Origin: the human T2T-CHM13v2.0 reference genome, Homo sapiens | NCBI RefSeq assembly: GCF_009914755.1 | Contig: NC_060948.1 | Direction: 5' to 3' (one strand) | Length of the DNA stretch: 64,000 bases | Part shown: piece by piece, positions 41,936-54,271 of the stretch | Position numbering within the stretch: the first letter of the stretch is position 1 | How the letters are laid out: each line of letters starts with the position of its first letter | The notes under the pieces: model-generated | Seen by the model: only the letters and a program-made list of their open reading frames with translations | Databases searched by the model: none | What the model was told of the DNA's origin: nothing | Made by a program: the position numbers and the translations under genes

Positions 41936-44900
41936 GAACTGGAAATGACTGGACAAGAACGTAATATATTGCAATGTAATTTATTCAAATGGAATGGAAT
42001 GCAATCGAATGGAATTGACTCGATTGGAATGGACTGGAGTGGAATGGATTTAAATGGAATGGAAAGGAATGTAATGTAAAGGAAGTGAAAGCAAAGGAAT
42101 CTACTGGAATAGAATCGAACGGAACAGAAAGGAATGGAAAGGAATGGAGTGGAATGGACTCGAATGGAATGTATTCGAATGTAATGGACCTGAAAGGAAT
42201 GGAATCCAATGGAATGGAATTGAATGGAATCAAAAGGAATAGAAAGGAATAGAGTGTAATTGAACGATATCGAATGGAAGGGAATGGAATGAACTCGAAT
42301 GGAATGCACTGGAATGGAATGGACTCGATCAGAACGGACTGTAGAGGAATGTACACAAATGGAATGGAAACGAATGGAATGCAATGAAATGGAATGGAAT
42401 GAAATGGAATTGAAAGGAACGGAACCAAATGGAATGGAATGGAATGGAATGGATTGGAATAGAATGGATTCAAATAAAATAGAATCAATGGGAATGGTAT
42501 TGAATGGAAGGGACTTGAATGGAATGGAAAGCAATGGAAGATATTGGAATCGAATGGCATCGAATGAAATGGAGTGGAACGGAATGGAACGGAACCGAAT
42601 GGAGTGGAATGGACTCAAATGTAATGGACTCGAATGGAATCGACTGAAATATAATAGTCTCGAAAGGAATGGCCTCGAGCGGAATTTATTTGAATAGAAT
42701 GGAATCAAATGGAATACAATAGTATTGAATGGAATCGAATGGAATGGAATCGAATGGAATGTAATCAAATGGAATGGAACGGAATTCAATATAATGGAGT
42801 AGAATGGAATGCATTGGAAAGGAGCAGAGTGGAATCGAGTGGAATGGAATCAAAGGGAACGAAATCGAATTGAATGGAGTTGTATGGAATTGACTCGAAA
42901 GGAATTGACGCGAAAGGAATTGAATCGAAAGGAATGGACTGGAACAAAAAGGAATCAAATGGACAGGAATGGGATGGAATGGACACGAATGGAATGGAGT
43001 CAAATGCAAACGTATCAAATGGAAAGGATTCAAATGGAATGCAATTGAATGGAATAGAAAGGAAGAGAATGGAATTGAGAGTAATGGAAAGATATCGATT
43101 GGAATGAAATGGAATGGAAAGGAATTGAATGGAAAGGAATGGAGTGGAAAGAAATGGATTGGAATGGAATGGTCTCCAATGGAATGGACTGGAGTGGAAT
43201 GGAATCGAATGGAATGAAAAGAATGGACCGGAATGGTACGGAAAGGAATAGAATGTTATGGAATCCGATTGGACAGAATGGAATGGAATGGAGTTTCATG
43301 AAATGGAGTCGAATAGAGTGGCATTAAAAGGAATGGAATGGAATGGAGAGGACTCAAAAGGAATGGACTCGAAAGGAATGGAGTCGAACTAAATTGAATC
43401 AAATGGATTGGAGTCGAACAGAATGGAATGGAATGGAATGAACTCGACTGGAGTAGAGAGGAATGTAAAGGAATAGAATGGAATGTAATCAAATGGATTG
43501 CAAGTGAATGGAATCAAAAATAATAGAAAGGAATGAAGTGTAACGGGATGATATTGACTGTAATGGAATGGAATGGAATTTAATGGAATGGAGACGAAGG
43601 AATGGACAGGAATGTAATGGACTCCAATGGAATGGAATGGATCAAAGTGGATTTGAACAGATTGGAATCGAACGGAATGGAATGCAATGGAATGGAATGG
43701 ACTCGAATGGAGAAGAGAGAAAAGGAATGGAAACGAATTCAATGGAATTGAAAAGAATAGGATGGAATGGCGTGTAATGGTAAGATACTAAATGGAATGG
43801 AATTGAATGGAATGGAATGGACCCAAATGTAATGCACTCGAAAGGAATATACTCAAATAGAATGGAATCGAAAGGAAAGGTCTCAAATGGAATTTATTCA
43901 ATACAATGGAATCGAATGGAATGCAATAGAATGGAATGGAATCGAATGTAATGGAATGAAATAGAATGGACCAGAATGGAATGGACTGCCATAGAACGGA
44001 CTGCAGTGTAATGGATTGAATTCTAATTCATTCAAATGGAATGGAATTGAATGGAATGGAATCCATTGGAATGGATAGGATTGTACTGGAATGGAATAGC
44101 ATGGAATGCAACGGAGTGGAATGGAGTTGAATGAAGTGGAATGGAATCGATTGGAATGGAATCAAATGGAATGGACGGGAATGGAATGGACTGGAAGAGA
44201 ACAGACTCAAATATAATGGATTGCAAAGTAATTGATTCAAATGGAATGGAATCGAATGGAATGTAATAAAATTGAAGGGATTTGAGTTCAATACAATGGA
44301 ATAAAATGGAATGCAAAGGAAAGGAAAGGTACGGAGTGAAATCGAGTGTAATGGAATCGAATGGAATGAAATCGAATGGAATGGACTCAAAAGAAATGGA
44401 CGAGGGACAAAACGGAATCGAACTGATTGGAATCGAACGGAACGGAATGGAATGGAATGGTCTCCATTGGATCTGAGTAGAACGGACTGGAATGGAATGG
44501 AATGAAATGGAATGGAAAGGAATAGAATGGAATGGAATGGAATGGAATGGAATGGAAGGTAATGGAAAGATATCGAACGGATTGGAAAGGAATGGAATGG
44601 ACCCTAATGGAATGGAATGGAATTCAACAGAAACGAATGGAATGGACTGGAGTGAAATGGAGTCGAATGTAATTGACTGGAGTGGAATGGACTCGAAAGG
44701 AATGGACTCGAATAGAATGGACTGGAATGGATTGTACTCGAATGGAGTTGAAAGGAATAAAATGGATTCCACCAGATTGGAATGGAACAGAATGTAATGG
44801 AATGGAATGGAATGCAATGGAATAGCTCCAATGGAATGGAGTCGAATGCAATGGAACAGAAAGGAAAGGAATTGAATGGAATTGAAAGTAATAGAACAAA

Positions 44901-45296
44901 ATGGAGTGCAAAGGAAAGATATTGAATGGAATGGATCGAAAAGAAATCGAATGGAATGGTCAGGAATGGAATGGAATAGAATGGAATAGACTGGCGTGCA
45001 ATGAAAACGAATGGAATGGAAACGAATGGAATGCAATGGAAAGGAATGGAGTAGAATAAATACTATGGAATGGAATGGAGGCGAAAGGAAAAGAATGGAT
45101 TGGAATGTCACCGAATGGAAAGATATGCAATGGAAAGGAATGGATACGAATGTAATGGAATAGAAAGGAATGGAAAGGTAAAGAATGGAATGGAATCGGA
45201 TAGAATGGAATGCAATGTAATGGAGTCGAATGGAAAATAATCGTGTAGAATGATATCGAATGGAATGGAATTGAATGGAATGGAATGGAATGGAAT
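41936..45296 (+). repeat. HOR period 2, deleted form (3,361 bp)
   Basis: Marker at 41936 and 45297. ...TCGTGTAGAATGATATCG joins directly to ...ATGAACTGGAAGTG, so the ~2.2-2.3 kb segment present in full units is absent. Confidence 0.9.
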
Positions 45297-48200
45297 GAAC
45301 TGGAAGTGAATGGACAAGAACGTATTATATTTCAATGTAATTTATTCAAATGGAATGGAATGCAATCGAATGGAATGGACTCTATTGGAATGGACTGGAG
45401 TGGAATGGACTCAAATGGAATGGAATGGAATGGAATGGAATGGAATGGAAAGCAAAGGAATCTACTGGAATAGAATCGAACGGAACAGAAAGGAATGGAA
45501 TGGAATGGAGTGGAATGGACTCAAATGGAATGTATTCGAATGTAGTGGACCTGAAAGGAATGGAATCCAATGGAATGGAATTGAATGGAATCAAAAGGAA
45601 TAGAAAGGAATAGAGTGTAATTGAATGATATCGAATGGAAGGGAATAGAATGAACTCGAATGGAATGCACTGGAATGGAATGGACTCGATCAGAACGGAC
45701 TGGAGAGGAATGTACACAAATGGAATGGAAATGAATGGAATGGAATGAAATGGAATTCAATGAAATGGAATTGAAAGGAACGAAATCAAATGGAATGGAA
45801 TGGAATGGAATGGATTGCAATAGAATGGATTCAAATAAAATAGAATCGATGGGAATGGTATTGAATGAAAGGGATTTGAATGGAATGGAAAGCAATGGAA
45901 GATATTGGAATCGAATGGCATCGAATGAAATGGAACGGAACGGAATGGAACGGAACCGAATGGAATGGAATGGACTCAAATGTAATGGACTCCAATGGAA
46001 TCGACTGAAATATAATAGTGTCGAAAGGAATGGCCTCGAGCGGAATTTATTTGAATAGAATGGAATCAAATGCAACACAATACCATTGAATTGAATCGTA
46101 TGGAATGGAATCGAATGGAATGTAATCAAATGGAATGGAACGGAATTCAATATAATGGAGTAGAATGGAATGCATTGGAAAGGAGCAGAGTGGAATCGAG
46201 TGGAATGGAATCGAGTGGAATGGAATCAATGGGAACAAAATCGAAATGAATGGACTTGAATGGAATTGACTCAAAAGGAATTGACTCGAAAGGAATGGAC
46301 TAGAACAAAAAGGAATCAAATGGACAGGAATGGGATGGAATGGACACGAATGGAATGGAGTCAAATGCAAACGCATCGAATAGAATGTATTCAAATGGAA
46401 TGCAATTGAATGGAATAGAAAGGAAGAGAATGGAATTGAGAGTAATGGAAAGATATCGAATGGAATGAAATGGAATGGAAAGGAATTGAATGGAAAGGAA
46501 TGGAGTGGAAAGAAATGGATTGGAATGGAATGGTCTCCAATGGAATGGACTGGAGTGGAATGGAATCGAATGGAATGAAAAGAATGGACCGGAATGGTAC
46601 GGAAAGGAATAGAATGTTATGGAATCCGATTGGACAGAATGGAATGGAATGGAGTTTCATGAAATGGAGTCGAATAGAGTGGCATCAAAAGGAATGGAAT
46701 GGAATGGAGTGGACTCAAAAGGAATGGACTCGAAAGGAATGGAGTCGAACTAAATTGAATCAAATGGATTGGAGTCGAACAGAATGGAATGGAATGGAAT
46801 GAACTCGACTGGAGTAGAGAGGAATGTAAAGGAATAGAATGGAATGTAATCAAATGGATTGCAAGTGAATGGAATCAAAAATAATCGAAAGGAATGGAGT
46901 GTAACGGGATGATGTTGACTATAATGGAATGGAATGGAATTTAATGGAATGGAGTCGAAGGAATGGACAGGAATGTAATGGACTCCAATGGAATGGAATG
47001 GATCAAAATGGATTTGAACAGATTGGAATCGAACGGAATGGAATGCAATGGAATGGAATGGACTCGAATGGAGAAGAGATAAATGGAATGGAAACGAATT
47101 CAATGGAATTGTAAAGAATAGGATGGAATGGCGTGTAATGGTAAGATACTAAATGGAATGGAATTGAATGGAATGGAATGGACCCAAATGAAATGCACTC
47201 GAAAGGAATATACTCAAGTAGAATGGAATCGAAAGGAAAGGTCTCAAATGGAATTTATTCAATACAATGGAATCGAATGGAATGCAATAGAATGGAATGG
47301 AATCGAATGTAATGGAATCAAATAGAATGGACCAGAATGGAATGGACTGCCATAGAACGGACTGCAGTGTAATGGATTGAATTCTAATTCATTCAAATGG
47401 AATGGAATTGAATGGAATGGAATCCAATGGAATGGATAGGATTGTACTGGAATGGAATAGCATGGAATGCAACGGAGTGGAATGGAGTTGAATGAAGTGG
47501 AATGGAATCGATCGGAATGGAATCAAATGGAATGGACGGGAATGGAATGGACTGGAAGAGAACAGACTTGAATTTAATGGATTGTAATGTAATTGATTCA
47601 AATGGAATGGAATCGAATGGAATGTAATAAAATTGAAGGGATTTGAGTTCAATACAATGGAATAAAATGGAATGCAAAGGAAAGGAAAGGTACGGAGTGA
47701 AATCGAGTGTAATGGAATCGAATGGAAAGAATTCGAATGGAATGGAATCAAAAGAAATGGACGAGGGACAAAACGGAATCGAACTGATTGGAATCGAATG
47801 GAACGGAAGGGAATGGAATGGTCTCCATTGGATCGGAGTAGAACGGCCTGGAATGGAATGGAATGAAATGGAATGGAAAGGAATAGAATGGAATGGAATG
47901 GAATGGAATGGAATGGAATGGAAAGATATCGAACGGATTGGAAAGGAATGGAATGGACCCTAATGGAATGGAATGGAATTCAACAGAAACGAATGGAATG
48001 GACTGGAGTGAAATGGAGTCGAATGTAATTGACTGGAGTGGAATGGACTCGAAAGGAATGGACTCGAATAGAATGGACTGGAATGGATTGTACTCGAATG
48101 GAGTTGAAAGGAATAAAATGGATTCCACCAGATTGGAATGGAACAGAATGTAATGGAATGGAATGGAATGGAATGCAATGGAATAGCTCCAATGGAATGG

Positions 48201-48657
48201 AGTCGAATGCAATGGAACAGAAAGGAAAGGAATTGAATGGAATTGAAAGTAATAGAACAAAATGGAGTGCAAAGGAAAGATATTGAATGGAATGGATCGA
48301 AAAGAAATCGAATGGAATGGACAGGAATGGAATGGAATAGAATGGAATAGACTGGCGTGCAATGAAAACGAATGGAATGGAAACGAATGGAATGCAATGG
48401 AAAGGAATGGAGTAGAATAAATACTATGGAATGGAATGGAGGCGAAAGGAAAAGAATGGATTGGAATGTCACCGAATGGAAAGATATGCAATGGAAAGGA
48501 ATGGATACGAATGTAATGGAATAGAAAGGAATGGAAAGGTAAAGAATGGAATGGAATCGGATAGAATGGAATGCAATGTAATGGAGTCGAATGGAAAATA
48601 ATCGTGTAGAATGATATCAAATGGAATGGAATTGAATGGAATGGAATGGAATGGAAT
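45297..48657 (+). repeat. HOR period 3, deleted form (3,361 bp)
   Basis: Marker at 45297 and 48658, with the same junction at ~48615-48660. ORF pairs such as 45310/48671 and 46047/49408 are offset by exactly 3361. Confidence 0.92.
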
Positions 48658-51600
48658 GAACTGGAAGTGAATGGACAAGAACGTATTATATTTCAATGTA
48701 ATTTATTCAAATGGAATGGAATGCAATCGAATGGAATGGACTCTATTGGAATGGACTGGAGTGGAATGGACTCAAATGGAATGGAATGGAATGGAATGGA
48801 ATGGAATGGAAAGCAAAGGAATCTACTGGAATAGAATCGAACGGAACAGAAAGGAATGGAATGGAATGGAGTGGAATGGACTCAAATGGAATGTATTCGA
48901 ATGTAGTGGACCTGAAAGGAATGGAATCCAATGGAATGGAATTGAATGGAATCAAAAGGAATAGAAAGGAATAGAGTGTAATTGAATGATATCGAATGGA
49001 AGGGAATAGAATGAACTCGAATGGAATGCACTGGAATGGAATGGACTCGATCAGAACGGACTGGAGAGGAATGTACACAAATGGAATGGAAACGAATGGA
49101 ATGGAATGAAATGGAATTCAATGAAATGGAATTGAAAGGAACGAAATCAAATGGAATGGAATGGAATGGAATGGATTGCAATAGAATGGATTCAAATAAA
49201 ATAGAATCGATGGGAATGGTATTGAATGAAAGGGATTTGAATGGAATGGAAAGCAATGGAAGATATTGGAATCGAATGGCATCGAATGAAATGGAATGGA
49301 ACGGAATGGAACGGAACCGAATGGAATGGAATGGACTCAAATGTAATGGACTCCAATGGAATCGACTGAAATATAATAGTGTCGAAAGGAATGGCCTCGA
49401 GCGGAATTTATTTGAATAGAATGGAATCAAATGCAACACAATACCATTGAATTGAATCGTATGGAATGGAATCGAATGGAATGTAATCAAATGGAATGGA
49501 ACGGAATTCAATATAATGGAGTAGAATGGAATGCATTGGAAAGGAGCAGAGTGGAATCGAGTGGAATGGAATCGAGTGGAATGGAATCAATGGGAACAAA
49601 ATCGAAATGAATGGACTTGAATGGAATTGACTCAAAAGGAATTGACTCGAAAGGAATGGACTAGAACAAAAAGGAATCAAATGGACAGGAATGGGATGGA
49701 ATGGACACGAATGGAATGGAGTCAAATGCAAACGCATCGAATAGAATGTATTCAAATGGAATGCAATTGAATGGAATAGAAAGGAAGAGAATGGAATTGA
49801 GAGTAATGGAAAGATATCGAATGGAATGAAATGGAATGGAAAGGAATTGAATGGAAAGGAATGGAGTGGAAAGAAATGGATTGGAATGGAATGGTCTCCA
49901 ATGGAATGGACTGGAGTGGAATGGAATCGAATGGAATGAAAAGAATGGACCGGAATGGTACGGAAAGGAATAGAATGTTATGGAATCCGATTGGACAGAA
50001 TGGAATGGAATGGAGTTTCATGAAATGGAGTCGAATAGAGTGGCATCAAAAGGAATGGAATGGAATGGAGTGGACTCAAAAGGAATGGACTCGAAAGGAA
50101 TGGAGTCCAACCAAATTGAATCAAATGGATTGGAGTCGAACAGAATGGAATGGAATGGAATGAACTCGACTGGAGTAGAGAGGAATGTAAAGGAATAGAA
50201 TGGAATGTAATCAAATGGATTGCAAGTGAATGGAATCAAAAATAATCGAAAGGAATGGAGTGTAACGGGATGATATTGACTATAATGGAATGGAATGGAA
50301 TTTAATGGAATGGAGTCGAAGGAATGGACAGGAATGTAATGGACTCCAATGGAATGGAATGGATCAAAATGGATTTGAACAGATTGGAATCGAACGGAAT
50401 GGAATGCAATGGAATGGAATGGACTCGAATGGAGAAGAGATAAATGGAATGGAAACGAATTCAATGGAATTGTAAAGAATAGGATGGAATGGCGTGTAAT
50501 GGTAAGATACTAAATGGAATGGAATTGAATGGAATGGAATGGACCCAAATGAAATGCACTCGAAAGGAATATACTCAAGTAGAATGGAATCGAAAGGAAA
50601 GGTCTCAAATGGAATTTATTCAATACAATGGAATCGAATGGAATGCAATAGAATGGAATGGAATCGAATGTAATGGAATCAAATAGAATGGACCAGAATG
50701 GAATGGACTGCCATAGAACGGACTGCAGTGTAATGGATTGAATTCTAATTCATTCAAATGGAATGGAATTGAATGGAATGGAATCCAATGGAATGGATAG
50801 GATTGTACTGGAATGGAATAGCATGGAATGCAACGGAGTGGAATGGAGTTGAATGAAGTGGAATGGAATCGATCGGAATGGAATCAAATGGAATGGACGG
50901 GAATGGAATGGACTGGAAGAGAACAGACTTGAATTTAATGGATTGTAATGTAATTGATTCAAATGGAATGGAATCGAATGGAATGTAATAAAATTGAAGG
51001 GATTTGAGTTCAATACAATGGAATAAAATGGAATGCAAAGGAAAGGAAAGGTACGGAGTGAAATCGAGTGTAATGGAATCGAATGGAAAGAATTCGAATG
51101 GAATGGAATCAAAAGAAATGGACGAGGGACAAAACGGAATCGAACTGATTGGAATCGAATGGAACGGAATGGAATGGAATGGTCTTCATTGGATCGGAGT
51201 AGAACGGCCTGCAATGGAATGGAATGAAATGGAATGGAAAGGAATAGAATGGAATGGAATGGAATGGAATGGAATGGAATGGAAAGATATCGAACGGATT
51301 GGAAAGGAATGGAATGGACCCTAATGGAATGGAATGGAATTCAACAGAAACGAATGGAATGGACTGGAGTGAAATGGAGTCGAATGTAATTGACTGGAGT
51401 GGAATGGACTCGAAAGGAATGGACTCGAATAGAATGGACTGGAATGGATTGTACTCGAATGGAGTGAAAGGGATAAAATGGATTCCACCAGATTGGAATG
51501 GAACAGAATGTAATGGAATGGAATGGAATGGAATGTAATGGAATAGCTCCAATGGAATGGAGTCGAATGCAATGGAACAGAAAGGAAAGGAATTGAATGG

Positions 51601-54271
51601 AATTGAAAGTAATAGAACAAAATGGAGTGCAAAGGAAAGATATTGAATGGAATGGATAGAAAAGAAATCGAATGGAATGGACAGGAATGGAATGGAATAG
51701 AATGGAATAGACTGGCGTGCAATGAAAACGAATGGAATGGAAACGAATGGAATGCAATGGAAAGGAATGGAGTAGAATAAATACTATGGAATGGAATGGA
51801 GGCGAAAGGAAAAGAATGGATTGGAATGTCACCGAATGGAAAGATATGGAATGGAAAGTAATGGATACGAATGGAAGGGAATAGAAAGGAACGGAAAGGT
51901 AAAGAATGGAATGGAATCGGATACAATGGAATGCAATGTAATGGAGTCGAATGGAAAATAATCGTGTAGAATGATATCGAATGGAATGGAATGGAATGGA
52001 ATGAAATGGAATGGAATGGAATGAAATGGAATGGAATGGAATGGAATGGAATGGACTAGAATGGAATGTACTCAAATGGATTAGAATAGAATGGAATGGA
52101 ACTAAACGTAATGAACTCGAATGGAATGGACACAAATAGAATGGAAGAGAAAGGAATGGTATTGAATGGAATTTATTCGAATAGAGTGGAATTCAATGGA
52201 ATGCAACAGTGTGGCATGGAATCAAATGGAATGGAATCGAATGGAATGGACCCGAGTGGAATGGACTCACATAGAACAGCCTCGATTGTAATGGATGACA
52301 ATGTATTAGATTCGAAAGGACTGAAATCGAATGGAATGTAATCAAGTAGAACGGAATTGAATGCATGGAATGGCATAGAAAGTAACGCAATGGAATGGAA
52401 TAGACTGGAATGGAATGGAATCGGATGGAATGTAATGAAATGTAATGGAAGGAATGCCATGGAATGGAATGGAATGGAATGCAATGTGACGGTGTATAAT
52501 GGAGTGCAATGGATTTCAGTGGAATGTAGTCAAAAGGAAAGAAATAGAATGGAATTCAATATAATGGAATGGCATCCAATGGCAAGGAATGGAGCGGACT
52601 CCAATGGAAACGAAATGAAAGGAATATAATATAATGGAATGGCATTGAACGAAATGGAATGCAATGGAGTTAAAAGGTAAAATATCGAATGGAAAAGAAT
52701 TGAATGGACGCGAAAGGAATATAATGGAATGGAATGGACTCGAATGGAATGTACTAGAGTTGAATGGAATCGAATGGAATGGAAAACAATGGAAAGGAAA
52801 GGAAGGGAATTGAAAGGAAAGGAATAGAATGGAATGGAATCGGATGGAACGGAATTGAATTGTATGGAAACTAAAGGAATAGAATAGATAGGAATCGTAT
52901 TGAATGGAATGGAATGGAATGGAATCAGATGGAACAGAAAGGAATGGAATAGAATAGAATGGAACGGCATCGAATGGATGAAATGGCATGTAATGGAATG
53001 GAATAGAAAGGAATGGAATGGACTCGAATGGAATGTACTCAAATGGAATAGAATAGAATGGAATGGAAGTAAATATAATGGACTCGAATGGAATGCATTG
53101 GAATAAATTGGAATTGAGTGTATTGGATTCGAATGGAAAGGAATGGAATGGAATGGAATGGAATGGAATGGAATGGAATGGAATGGAATCGAATGGAATG
53201 GAACGAATTGGAATGTAATTGAATGGAGTCAAAAACAGTAGAAAGAAATAAAGTTTCATCGAATGATATCGAATGGAATTGAATGGAATGTACGCGAATG
53301 GAATGGACTGGAATGGAATGGAGTGACATGTAACGGAATCGAAAGGAATGGAATCCAATGAAATGGAATTGAATGGAATAGAAATGAATAGAATGGAATG
53401 GAGATTAATGGAAAGATATTAAAATAATGGAATGGAATTGAGTGGACACGAATGGAATGGACTGGAATGAAAGGACTCGAATGAAATGGAGCGCATTAGA
53501 ATGGACTCGAATGGAATGGATTGGAGTGGAATGGTCTCGAATGGATTGGAAAGGAATAGAATGGAATGTAATCCAATGGAACGAAATGGAATGGAATGGA
53601 TTCGACTGGAGCAGAGTTGAATGGAGTGGAATTGAATGGAATGGAATGCAATCGAATGGAATGGACACGAATTGAATAGAATGAAATGAAATGGCATAGA
53701 ATGGAATGGAATGGAATGGAATGGAATGGAATGGAATGGAATGGTATGGCGTGGAATGGAATGGCATGGCATGGTATGGAATGGAATGGAATGGAATGAA
53801 ATGGATTGGAATGGGATGGGCCCAAAAGTAATAGACTCAAATAAAAGGGACTCAAATAGAATGAAGTGGAAAGAAATGGTCTCGAATGTAATTTATTCGA
53901 ATAGAATGATATTGAATGGAATGCAATAGTATGGAATGGTATCGAATAGAATGGAATAGAATGGAATGGAATGGAACGGAATGGAGTGCAATTGAACGGA
54001 CTCAAATGCAATAAATTGCAATATAATTGATTCAAATGTAATGGAATCGGATAGAATGTAAACAAATGGAATGGAAGGCAATGCAATGGAAAGGAATCGA
54101 ATGAAATGGAATAAATGGAATGGAATGGAATGGAAAGGATTCGAATATATAGGACTGTTAACGAAAGTTGTCGAATCGAATTTATTCCAATAGAATGGAA
54201 TCGAATGGAATGCAATACTATTGAATCGAATCGAATGGAATGGAATTGAATGGAATGGACAGGAATGGAAT
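48658..54271 (+). repeat. HOR period 4, full length (5,614 bp)
   Basis: Marker at 48658 and 54272. It includes the segment missing from periods 2-3 (52060-54230). Confidence 0.9.

Noticed and set aside
41936-48657. 3,361 bp period taken as the Y-chromosome DYZ1 unit
   Set aside because: DYZ1 is ~3.56 kb. This period is explained as an internal deletion of the local 5.6 kb unit, and I could not match it to DYZ1 by sequence.
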